This document shows positions 1-7,078 of a stretch of DNA of 11,684 nt, piece by piece. Location of the stretch: contig NW_021826955.1 in assembly GCF_006345805.1 (NCBI RefSeq), positions 1 through 11,684 on the forward strand, given 5' to 3'. Every line of letters begins with the position of its first letter. Positions within the stretch are counted from its first letter, which is position 1. The DNA comes from Octopus sinensis. Lineage: Eukaryota. The position numbers and the translations under genes were made by a program. The notes below the pieces were generated by a model. The model saw only the letters and a list, made by a program, of their open reading frames with translations, did not search any database and was not told where the DNA came from.

Positions 1-245
1 TAAGGTGTTATTCCGGCACTCAACTGAGAGTCACACTGAATTATGTAGCAGAAACAGCTGTAATCTAATGAAGTTCATAAGATAATAATTTATTTTTCTG
101 TCATCACTCTTTTTTATTACCATTCTACACTCGGCTAACACTTCGTTCTGAAACATACGTATATTGAATTCTACACCAGGTTGTTAGTCTTGCAGTACCT
201 AGGCAATATATATGTGTGTGTATGTGTGCGTGTGTATTATAGTTC

Positions 246-365
246 AACAAGGATGTTGTTGAGAATGATTTCGAAGTATCAGCTAAGTAAGCCATCGTCG
301 GGCTGCAGCGCAACGATTACGTGGCTGGCCGAAACTTCGAAATCCCTATCAACAACATTGTTGTT
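246..365. repeat. ~120-nt imperfect inverted repeat (fold-back hairpin)
   Basis: AACAA(246-250)/TTGTT(361-365), ATGTTGTTGA(253-262)/TCAACAACAT(349-358), GATTTCGAAGT(267-277)/ACTTCGAAATC(334-344), with further pairing inward to ATCGT(294-298)/ACGAT(313-317). Confidence 0.85.
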
Positions 366-456
366 TAAGAATAATAAATTTGCTCTCTACAAAAGTATAG
401 AGCAAACCGCATTAATGTAAAATTGTTTTTACCATTATAACTGAACATAAAAGCAA

Positions 457-670
457 ATATATATAAATATACTTATATATAGATATGTATGTATACATGT
501 AGGTATGTATGCATGTATGTAGGTAATTATGTTTATATATGTTATCTATATATGTGTATATACATGCCTGTATATATATATATATATATATTTATATATA
601 ATTATCATTTTCCCAAAATTTTTGTTATGTATATATATAAATATATGTATATAATAATAATAATGATAAT
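457..670. repeat. Low-complexity (TA)n/(TATG)n/(TAA)n microsatellite region
   Basis: Direct reading of the di-, tri- and tetranucleotide runs. Confidence 0.85.
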
Positions 671-671
671 T

Positions 672-721
672 TCTTGGGGAAATTTTGAAACTGGGTTCTC
701 ATTCCTAAGGTATTTTTCGAT
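672..721 (-). mobile_element. Body segment of the hammerhead-carrying element, minus-strand copy, ending just before the ribozyme core
   Basis: Reverse complement ATCGAAAAATACCTTAGGAATGAGAACCCAGTTTCAAAATTTCCCCAAGA matches 1820-1869 at 45/50 positions without gaps. Confidence 0.9.
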
Positions 722-724
722 AAG

Positions 725-783
725 ATTATTAGTTATTATTATTATTATTATTATATTATTATTATTATTATTATTATTATTAT
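725..783. repeat. (TTA)n microsatellite; 3' flank/tail of the R4/Dong-type element
   Basis: TTA run directly adjoining the element's 3' UTR. Confidence 0.95.
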
Positions 784-951
784 GTTTTTTTCCTTCTTTC
801 TTCAAATTTTCTTTCTTTTCTCGCCGAGTGTTTTCCGTACGCCTAGGACAGAGAAGCTCATTGTATGCATTCCCAGATTACACGCGCAAATTCACAGGTA
901 AGATATGTATTTAAAAAATTTTTTAAATAAATTCATAAATGGATGTTATTT

Positions 952-1585
952 TCACTGCGATAATGCTCTTCTCAGTACATGAGTCGTTCCAGTTAACAAG
1001 ATTTTATGCACTTCCTGTTTGGATGGTAAGCCTGGTATCATTTTCAAATAGCTTTCAGTACCTTTTTGTTATCATTCCTAGAAATCCTACAATCACTGGT
1101 ACTATAGTCGCCTTGAGATGACACATTTTTTCAATTTCTATTAGCAGGTCATTATATTTACTAATCTTGTCAAATTCTTTCGCCGTTATATTGTGATCGT
1201 AAGGAATAAATTAATAAACACACCTTTTACGTCTGATCTTTTATAATAATATCTGGTTTATTAGCTTTTAAAGTTTTGTCGGTATGTACGGGGAAGTCCC
1301 AGAGAATCGACACATTTTCTCCCTCAGTCACAGCTTCAAAACCGCTGACAAATGGTGTTTATATAATTTGTCAGCGGTTTTGATTTTATAATGCCGACAT
1401 ATTGTCCAGTGTAAATACTGTCCGACTCTGTCATGTCTTGCTTTATATTCTACAGGTGCTAAGACACTATACCCTGAGATTAGGTGGTCTATAGTTTCAA
1501 TCTCATCGTTACAGAATCGGCATTTTAGGTCAGCTCCATGTTTTTATCACACTGGCTTGGTAGTTCCGGGTTAATAGTTTTGGTC
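952..1585 (-). pseudogene. C-terminal zinc knuckle + PD-(D/E)xK restriction-like endonuclease of an R4/Dong-type ORF, disrupted
   Basis: DQ/LLTRNYQASVIK/GADLKCRFCNDEIETIDHLISGYSVLAPVEYKARHDRVGQYLHWTICRHYKIKTADKLYKHH/EAVTEGENVSILWDFPVHTDKTLKANKPDIIIKDQT*KVCLLI/IPYDHNITAKEFDKISKYNDLLIEIEKMCHLKATIVPVIVGFLGMITK/GTESYLKMIPGLPSKQEVHKILLTGTTHVLRRALSQ* (/ = frameshift). CRFC at 1511-1522, last Cys replaced by Tyr at 1469-1471, RHD at 1430-1438, PD at 1251-1256, in-frame stop at 1227-1229. Confidence 0.9.
1336..1383. repeat. Perfect 18-bp inverted repeat with 12-nt loop inside the retrotransposon ORF
   Basis: TCAAAACCGCTGACAAAT (1336-1353) / ATTTGTCAGCGGTTTTGA (1366-1383). Confidence 0.95.
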
Positions 1586-1603
1586 TTATTATTATTATTA
1601 TTA

Positions 1604-1652
<49 letters not shown>

Positions 1653-1653
1653 G

Positions 1654-1688
<35 letters not shown>

Positions 1689-1720
1689 TATTATTAATTA
1701 TATATTATTATTATTATTAT
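1586..1720. repeat. (TTA)n microsatellite; 5' flank of the R4/Dong-type element
   Basis: Long, nearly pure TTA run (poly-Tyr artefact in the ORF track). Confidence 0.95.
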
Positions 1721-1794
1721 CGTTCACTGCTGAATCGAATTCGGAATCTTTGGGTTAGTAGCGCCGCGCTCTTAACCACTACGCCATATGCCAC
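1721..1794 (-). mobile_element. tRNA-derived Pol III head (SINE 5' end); probable head of the hammerhead-carrying element
   Basis: Minus strand GGCATATGGCGTAGTGGTTAAGAGCGCGGCGCTACTAACCCAAAGATTCCGAATTCGATTCAG. Box A TGGCGTAGTGG (1776-1786), anticodon-loop-like CTACTAA (Ser-like), box B-like GAATTCGATTC (1732-1742). No intact acceptor stem. Confidence 0.8.
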
Positions 1795-1976
1795 GGCATA
1801 TAATGATAATATTAATAACATCGAAAAATACCTTAGGAATGAGAAACCAGGTTCGAAATTTTTCCAAGACACCTGATGAAGGCTGGAGAGTATATCAGCT
1901 GAAACGTTGTGTTAACAACAAACAAGATGAGGTCAAATAACTGTACATAATTCCTCATCTCTTAAATATAGAACTG
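1795..1976 (+). mobile_element. Hammerhead-carrying short element (Penelope pLTR/retrozyme-like), plus-strand copy with the tRNA head deleted
   Basis: Begins GGCATAT like the minus-strand head, then an AAT-rich spacer, the body shared with 672-721, the ribozyme, a 3' hairpin AGATGAGG(1925-1932)/CCTCATCT(1953-1960), and the end ...TTAAATATAGAACTG shared with the copy ending at 5013. Confidence 0.8.
1868..1913 (+). ncRNA. Minimal type I hammerhead ribozyme (Penelope-like-element type)
   Basis: Stem I GACAC(1868-1872)/GTGTT(1909-1913); core CTGATGA(1873-1879) plus an extra A; stem II GGCTG(1881-1885)/CAGCT(1896-1900; CAGCC in the copy at 4908-4912); GAAA(1901-1904); loopless palindromic stem III ACGT; predicted cleavage after GUU at 1908. 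Confidence 0.8.
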
Positions 1977-2081
1977 TATTATACATACAAATGTGTGTGT
2001 ATTTGTGTGCATATGTGGTGTGTGTGTGTTGTGTTTGTGTATGTAATATATATATGTATATATATATATAATATATATATA

Positions 2082-2112
<31 letters not shown>
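1977..2112. repeat. (TG)n/(TA)n microsatellite
   Basis: Direct reading. Confidence 0.9.
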
Positions 2113-2466
2113 GAGGCGCAATTGCCCAGTGGTAAGGACAGCGGACACGCGGTTTCGATTCCAGAGCGGGCGTTGTGAGTGTTTATTGAGCGAAAACTCT
2201 TAAGGCTCCACAAAGGTCCGGCAGAGGGGCGGTGGCGAACACTGTTGTACTCTTTCACCACAACTTCCTCTCACTCTTTCTTCCTGTTTCTGTTGTATCT
2301 GTATTTCAAAGGGCCAGCCTTGTCACACTCCCTGTCACGCTGAATCTACATTAAGGGTACACGTGTCTGTGGAGCGCTCACCCGCTTGCATGTTAATTTC
2401 ATGAACAGGCTGTTACGTTGATCGGATCAGTTGGAACCCTCGTCGTCGTAACCGACAGAGTGCCAC
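2113..2466 (+). mobile_element. tRNA-derived SINE (family A), near full length, between (TA)n tracts
   Basis: Box A-like TTGCCCAGTGG (2122-2132) and box B GGTTTCGATTCC (2151-2162). The spacing is short, implying loss of the anticodon arm. The 3' half is homologous to 8640-8770. Confidence 0.8.
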
Positions 2467-2467
2467 G

Positions 2468-2740
2468 ATATATATTATATATTATTATTATTATTATTAT
2501 TGTGTATATATATATATATATATTATATATATATATATATATGCGTGTGTATGTATATATGTGTATATGTATATACTGTGTGTGCATATACACACATGTA
2601 ACATGTATATATTTACTTATTTATGTATATGTATGCATGTAAATACATGCGTGTGTTTGGTGTGATTGTGTGTGTGTGTGTGTGTATGTGCGCGTGCGTT
2701 TGTTTGTGCGTGCGCGTGCGTGTGCGTGTGTGTGTGTGTG
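2468..2740. repeat. Compound (TA)n/(TTA)n/(TG)n microsatellite
   Basis: Direct reading. Confidence 0.9.
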
Positions 2741-3095
2741 CTGACAAATCAATATTGCAGCAGAGAAGAAAATAGTTTGCGCTCAGCTCATTAAATTGAT
2801 GACTATAGAGTTTACTAATAAGAATTTTAAGGAGATTAATAAAGATCAAACAAACTCCGCCTTTGAAGTACATGAATTTTTATCTGTTAAATACAATCTC
2901 GCCTTTCATATTATTTATCTTTGTTTATCTTATATACTAAGTACTATCGTACCTTAAAGGAATAATAGTTCTGTGAGCCATAAAGAGGACGGCAGACATT
3001 GAGATCGTATCTTGGGTGACGCTCGTTCAATAAAAGAAGTTAAATGACTAATATCTTTATTCATCATTGCTTGTATAGTTGGTTCACTTCATACA

Positions 3096-3265
3096 GGCGA
3101 CTAATTGGCAGGATTTTTAGAGCGACAGAAAGACGTTTTGTGGTTATTCGTTTCGGCTCTTTGCTCTCCCAGCTCAGATCACGTCAAGATCAACACTAGG
3201 TCTTTCAGCGTTTCGTTGTCTATGAATAAAGTACCAGTTCAGAATTTGGGTCCATTTTATTTTTT
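3096..3265 (+). mobile_element. Old, diverged family C-like SINE
   Basis: Collinear with 5464-5625: GGCGACTAATTGGCAGGATTTTTAG...CAGCTCAGATC...TCTTTCAGCGTTTCG...AAGTACCAGTTC...TGGGTCCAT. Confidence 0.6.
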
Positions 3266-3295
3266 ATTCCTAGAGGAAATAGAGTGTGGTAGATT

Positions 3296-3376
3296 CATAC
3301 ACACACACACATACACACGCACATTCACACATACTCACATACACACATATACGCACATTCGTTATAAATAATATAT

Positions 3377-3407
<31 letters not shown>

Positions 3408-3435
3408 TAAAGAAAGACAGAAGGAAAGAGAGAAA
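3296..3435. repeat. (CA)n and (GAAA)n microsatellites
   Basis: Direct reading. Confidence 0.9.
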
Positions 3436-3582
3436 AAATATTCTATCATTTTAAGGTCATAAGGTACTTAATGAAGTAACATAAATCTGATATAATGGAG
3501 GCCTTTTGTGGGTTTTTAGACGAAAATTGTTCTTATAGATCAAAATTTACTCCAATTGTGGTACTGCTGCTGTTGTCATTAT

Positions 3583-3748
3583 TAGTCTTGCTTAAATCTA
3601 AATCAGACCCGACTTAGACTTATGGACAAAAGGCATCCCAATTACGACCATCTTGTCCTTCTCTCGAATAATGCGTTATCCAGCGAGTTCTCATTTTTCA
3701 AGAGGGTAGGATAACATTTGAGGGAGGTTTGGCTATTATAGATAGCAA
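3583..3748 (+). repeat. Diverged interspersed repeat of unknown class; further fragments at ~4000-4070 and ~4106-4128
   Basis: AAAGGCATCCCAATTACGACCATC (~3629-3652) vs AAAGGCATTCCAACATGACCATC (~4106-4128); ATTTGAGGGAGGTTTGGCTATTATAGATAGC (~3716-3746) vs ATTTGAGAGAAATTCAGTTGGTATTTCTAGC (~4038-4068). Boundaries approximate. Confidence 0.5.
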
Positions 3749-3840
3749 TTCAGATAATTGCACGCATGTGTGTGTGTGTGTGTGTGTGGTGTGTGTGTGT
3801 GTGTGTGCGTGCGTGTGCGTGTGTGTGCACGGGCGCGCGC

Positions 3841-4000
3841 CACGGACTTCTTTTCGGTTTTGTTCGGAATGCTAAATCCATTCGCAAGGCTTTGGTCAAT
3901 CTGAAGCTACAGTAGAAGACACTTGCCAAATGTGCCGCACTGGGACTGAATACGATACCACGTGGTTGAGAAACAAGCTTCTCGACCACACGTCACGCCA
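3841..4000 (-). mobile_element. tRNA-derived SINE (family B), 5' head and core
   Basis: Collinear with 8233-8375: CTAAATCCATTC.CAAGGCTTTGGTC...GCTACAG...AAGACACTTG...TGGGACTGAA...GTGGTTGAGAA.CAAGCTTCT. Confidence 0.85.
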
Positions 4001-4343
4001 AAGGACATCCCAGATTTTTTTAAAAAACAAAAATGTGATTTGAGAGAAATTCAGTTGGTATTTCTAGCTGTTATTGATAAACCCTCTTCAAGAAATAGTT
4101 TGAAAAAAGGCATTCCAACATGACCATCAAATTGTGTAGCAATACATAATCTGAATGCAGTATGATTAATTTGAAGAAGGTTAAAATGACAGTACCACAC
4201 AGGTGGAGTTACCGCGAAGAGATTTCACTCTATGTGAGACTTATACTTGAGTATTGGGGCAGTAACTCTCCGAAGTGATTTCTTGATTGGCTGGTTAATT
4301 ATAACTTCCACTGGTTAACCCAGTACATCAGATGTTAACGTCT

Positions 4344-4420
4344 GGTTAGGTTTGAATGGGATTAGATTAGGTTGAATTGGATTGTCCACGATCAGTTTTC
4401 TGCAGGACAAAGGCCTCAGC
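4344..4420 (-). mobile_element. Possible RTE-type 3' end followed by a pentamer tail
   Basis: Minus-strand GAGGCCTTTGTCCTGCAG (4400-4417; EAFVLQ) resembles RTE-clade 3' termini as I recall them. It is followed by AATCC/AATTC/AACCT/AATCT pentamers. Confidence 0.35.
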
Positions 4421-4546
4421 ATTGGGGGCCGTCAATTTGAGCTTGATATCATACTGGCCTACGCTTCCACACAGGTTCGACGTGGTTTGATAGAAAGTTT
4501 CAGTTGTTTTGTTTATATATATGTGTGTGTGGGTGTGTGTGTGTAA

Positions 4547-4605
4547 GGGCGCATGACTTAGTGGTTATGGTGTTGCATTCACGATAGAGAGATCGTAATT
4601 TCAGA
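4547..4605 (+). mobile_element. Truncated tRNA-derived SINE head related to family A
   Basis: GGGCGCATGACTTAGTGGTTATGGTGTTGCATTCACGATAGAGAGATCGTAATTTC: box A-like TGACTTAGTGG; breaks off inside box B. Confidence 0.55.
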
Positions 4606-4817
4606 GCTTCTGTACAGGCGAAAATTTTTTAAAAGGCCCTTCCAACAGCCTTTTATCAACAGATTTTTTTTTTATATCCCCACACTACCTGGGAATTTTT
4701 CTATTATAGTCTTATAAACATCTGATAATTAAAAGTCTATCTTTGGGAGTTTTGAGGATGAAATCCTCAAATTCCTTTCCGTATGTCTCTATTATGTTTT
4801 TGTTTTGACTTACAAAA

Positions 4818-4864
4818 TCCATCAATTCACTGTCACACTTGTTCACAACAGTGAAATTGATGGA
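4818..4864. repeat. 16-bp hairpin (one bulge), 14-nt loop
   Basis: TCCATCAATTCACTGT (4818-4833) / ACAGTGAAATTGATGGA (4848-4864). Confidence 0.85.
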
Positions 4865-4896
4865 GACGTTTCATCTACAGTCCGATAATTAATTTT

Positions 4897-5013
4897 GAAG
4901 GTTATATCAGCCGAAACGTTGTGTTAACAACAAACAAGATGAGAACAAATATCCGTCGAATGTAAATAATGTAAATAATGTACATAATTCCTCATCTCTT
5001 AAATATAGAACTG
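4897..5013 (+). mobile_element. 3' part of the hammerhead-carrying element (half ribozyme plus 3' hairpin)
   Basis: TATATCAGCCGAAACGTTGTGTTAACAACAAACAAGATGAG...TGTACATAATTCCTCATCTCTTAAATATAGAACTG matches 1891-1976. It lacks CTGATGA and carries three AATGTA(A/C)AT units. Confidence 0.9.
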
Positions 5014-6181
5014 CCTTGAACACTTGTTTATGATTTTGCACTTTTATTTGTAATGTTGGCAGCAGTGGGACTTTATTTTTCCTTGTTTCAGGGTATAACG
5101 TTTTTAAGTGATTTATAGATCCACATTTGTGGTATCTTGGCTTTCTACCCTCCATGAACACTGACAGGTGAGTACCATCCTGGAAATCGATTAGATCGGG
5201 CAGCTGGTCGATATGGTCCTGCTTGCATTGCAAGGTCAGTTCCATACCTATACCTAACCAGTTTTGTTTAGGTAGTTTATTGACCTCCAATATTTTGACT
5301 TCGTCTTCTACTAAACCTACCAAGACGGCCACCACCAACCAGGATATTTCTGGTGGAACATTCAGCACCCTATTCTTGGCAAGGCGTTGGCCGCGACAAC
5401 TGGTAATTAAGAAAAAGTTATCATTCCTCAAAGTGGTTGCGGAATTATATCTAGCTTCTTCTAGGCGGCGAGCTGGCAGAAACGTTAGCACGCCGGGCGA
5501 AATGCGTAGCCGTATTTCGTCTGCCGTTACGTTCTGAGTTCAAATTCCGCCGAGGTCCCCTTTGCCTTTCATCCTTTCGGGGTCGATAAATTAAGTACAA
5601 GTTACGCACTGGGGTCGATGTAATCGACTTAATTCGTTTGTCTGTCCTTGTTTGTCCCCTCTATGTTTAGCCCCTTGTGGGTAACAAAGAAACATATATC
5701 TAGCTTCTTCTTCCGTCCCAATTCTCACCTCAATGGTTCCAAACTTCTTTCCTCTGGTGATGTAGGTCTTTTGTTTCCCACACGCACCCAAGGCATTTTT
5801 GTACTTCGTTCTCAGGAGCATTTTCCACTCGCCGAGACTTGACTCCAATGCAACGGTATGTTACCGTACATCTAGCGATATTTTATTTCACGCAGATGGA
5901 AGGTTTAGAGCCATCCTTCTCTCATCTCTTTTTACAATTTTTCTTACCAATTTTAATTCTTCATCTATGCGGAAACTTTCCATATTTCCCGCCGCCGATG
6001 CAAAAGACGCAGAGGCGATATTTGCGTTTTTATGTTTCATTTCTTTCGTATTGTTGTTGTTGCAGCTGTCACTGTTGCTGTTGTTGTTCTCGTTGTCGAC
6101 ACCGAAAGTTTTGACGTTGCTCAGAGACGAAACATTATTCGCCTTGGTGACGTCATTAAGTTTAGGTCGTTCGATATTCAT
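5014..6181 (-). pseudogene. Decayed gag-like ORF1 of a non-LTR retrotransposon with a degenerate CCHC zinc knuckle, interrupted by a SINE
   Basis: ORFs 5888-6181 and 5591-5848 share a frame with two stops between them. Removing the SINE and one TSD joins ...RGKKFGTIEVRIGTEEEARY to NSATTLRNDNFF...VLNVPPEISWLV...EGRKPRYHKCGSINHLKTLYP. The knuckle reads Y-X2-C-X4-H-X4-Y at 5093-5134. Confidence 0.7.
5463..5694 (+). mobile_element. tRNA-derived SINE (family C), full length, with 17-bp target-site duplication
   Basis: Begins AGGCGGCGAGCTGGCAGAAACGTTAGC; box B GAGTTCAAATTCC (5536-5548); TSD TATATCTAGCTTCTTCT at 5446-5462 and 5695-5711. Confidence 0.95.
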
Positions 6182-6254
6182 ATTGTTAATTCTTTCCTCA
6201 TTCTAAATTTTTGTCGACAAGGAACGCGTTCCTTTGTCGAACATTATGATGACT

Positions 6255-6427
6255 TCTTGGGCAAAACACTTCATTTCACGTTGCTCCAGTCCACTCAGCT
6301 GGCAAAAATGAGTAACACTGCGATGGACTGGCGTCTTGTCCAGCTGGGGAAAACATACGCCATAGAAACCGGGAAACCGGGCCCATGAGCCTGGCTAGGT
6401 TTTAAAAAGGGCGCATTTATTTTATTT

Positions 6428-6428
<1 letters not shown>
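6255..6428 (+). mobile_element. 5'-truncated SINE (family D), core and tail
   Basis: CTTGGGCAAAACACTT...TCCACTCAGCTG...AAATGAGTA...CTGCGATGGACTGGCGTCTTGTCCAG...GAAACCGGG resembles central/tail domains of invertebrate SINEs (Nin/Deu-like) as I recall them; ends in a TTTA/(TAA)n tail. Confidence 0.55.
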
Positions 6429-6470
<42 letters not shown>

Positions 6471-6471
<1 letters not shown>

Positions 6472-6666
6472 TTTGTCACAAGGGCAGCAGTTTTTTTTGG
6501 GGGGATGAGTCAATTACATCGATCCCAGTGTTCTTATTTCATCGTCCGCGAAAAGATGAAAGGCAAAATCGACCTCACTGGAACTTGAACTCAGAACGGA
6601 GGGACGGGTGAAATACCGCTAAGCATTTCGTCCAGCGTGCTAGAAATTCTGCCAGCTCGCCGCCTT
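6471..6666 (-). mobile_element. Family C SINE between (TAA)n tracts
   Basis: Reverse complement begins AAGGCGGCGAGCTGGCAGAATTTCTAGCACGC and is collinear with 5464-5630. Confidence 0.9.
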
Positions 6667-6689
6667 AATAATTATAATAATAATAATAA

Positions 6690-6720
<31 letters not shown>

Positions 6721-6787
6721 AATAACAACAACAACAACAACAACAACAATAACAACAACAACAATAATAATCATAATAATAATAATC
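6666..6787. repeat. (TAA)n/(CAA)n microsatellite; another (TAA)n at 6429-6470
   Basis: Direct reading. Confidence 0.95.
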
Positions 6788-7078
6788 CTTTCTACTATAA
6801 GGAGTAGGTCGGTTACATCGACCCTAGTGCTTGACTCCGAAAGGATGACAGGCAAAGACAAACTCGGCGTTATTAGTATTGATACACACAATATTGTGCA
6901 AGCTTCCGCAGCCTTGAACATACGCTAATACGTTCAATGCTTATTTTATCTACCCTGAAAGGATGAAAGGATGAAGTTGACCTCGACGGAATTTGAACTT
7001 AACAGTATTTTACCGTTGCGATGTTCAAGACGACGGAAAAATACCGCTGAGACTTTTGCCCGGCGTGATAACAATTCT
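6788..7078 (-). mobile_element. Two partial, rearranged family C SINE copies (~6788-6870 and ~6940-7078)
   Basis: CCGAAAGGATGACAGGCAAAG and CTGAAAGGATGAAAGG...GACCTCGACGGAATTTGAACT...AAATACCGCT...CCGGCGTGATAACAATTCT match 7170-7274. Confidence 0.75.

Larger units (their letters stand above)
784..1587 (-). mobile_element. 5'-truncated R4/Dong-type non-LTR retrotransposon (restriction-like endonuclease clade), decayed
   Basis: Minus-strand translation across frameshifts gives the RLE C-terminus, a stop at 952-954, then a ~170-nt 3' UTR. (TAA)n lies on both sides on the element's sense strand. Confidence 0.9.

Noticed and set aside
267-303. Minus-strand hammerhead-like CCGACGA-TGGC...GCT-GATA within the 246-365 hairpin
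   Set aside because: Both core motifs are mismatched and no stem I can be formed.
489-914. 141-aa ORF and similar ORFs at 1538-1876, 2399-2873, 6640-6921, 7496-8561 and 10820-11582
   Set aside because: Translations of microsatellites (YI, VC, HT, poly-I/Y/N) with no domain content.
1721-1794. Functional tRNA gene
   Set aside because: Acceptor and anticodon stems do not pair fully; better explained as a SINE head. The same applies to the other box A/B heads.
4202-4312. Short inverted motifs GAGTTACCGC/GCAGTAACTC and GTGGAGTTA/TAACTTCCAC
   Set aside because: Too short, with no TSD or second copy to support a MITE or Helitron call.
4344-4384. TTAGG-like units as interstitial telomere
   Set aside because: Only two exact TTAGG units in a degenerate pentamer run; more likely a retroelement tail.
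4907-5491. 194-aa ORF as an intact gene
   Set aside because: Chimeric: the start lies in the SINE, the middle is retrotransposon ORF1, and the end is the antisense of the hammerhead element.
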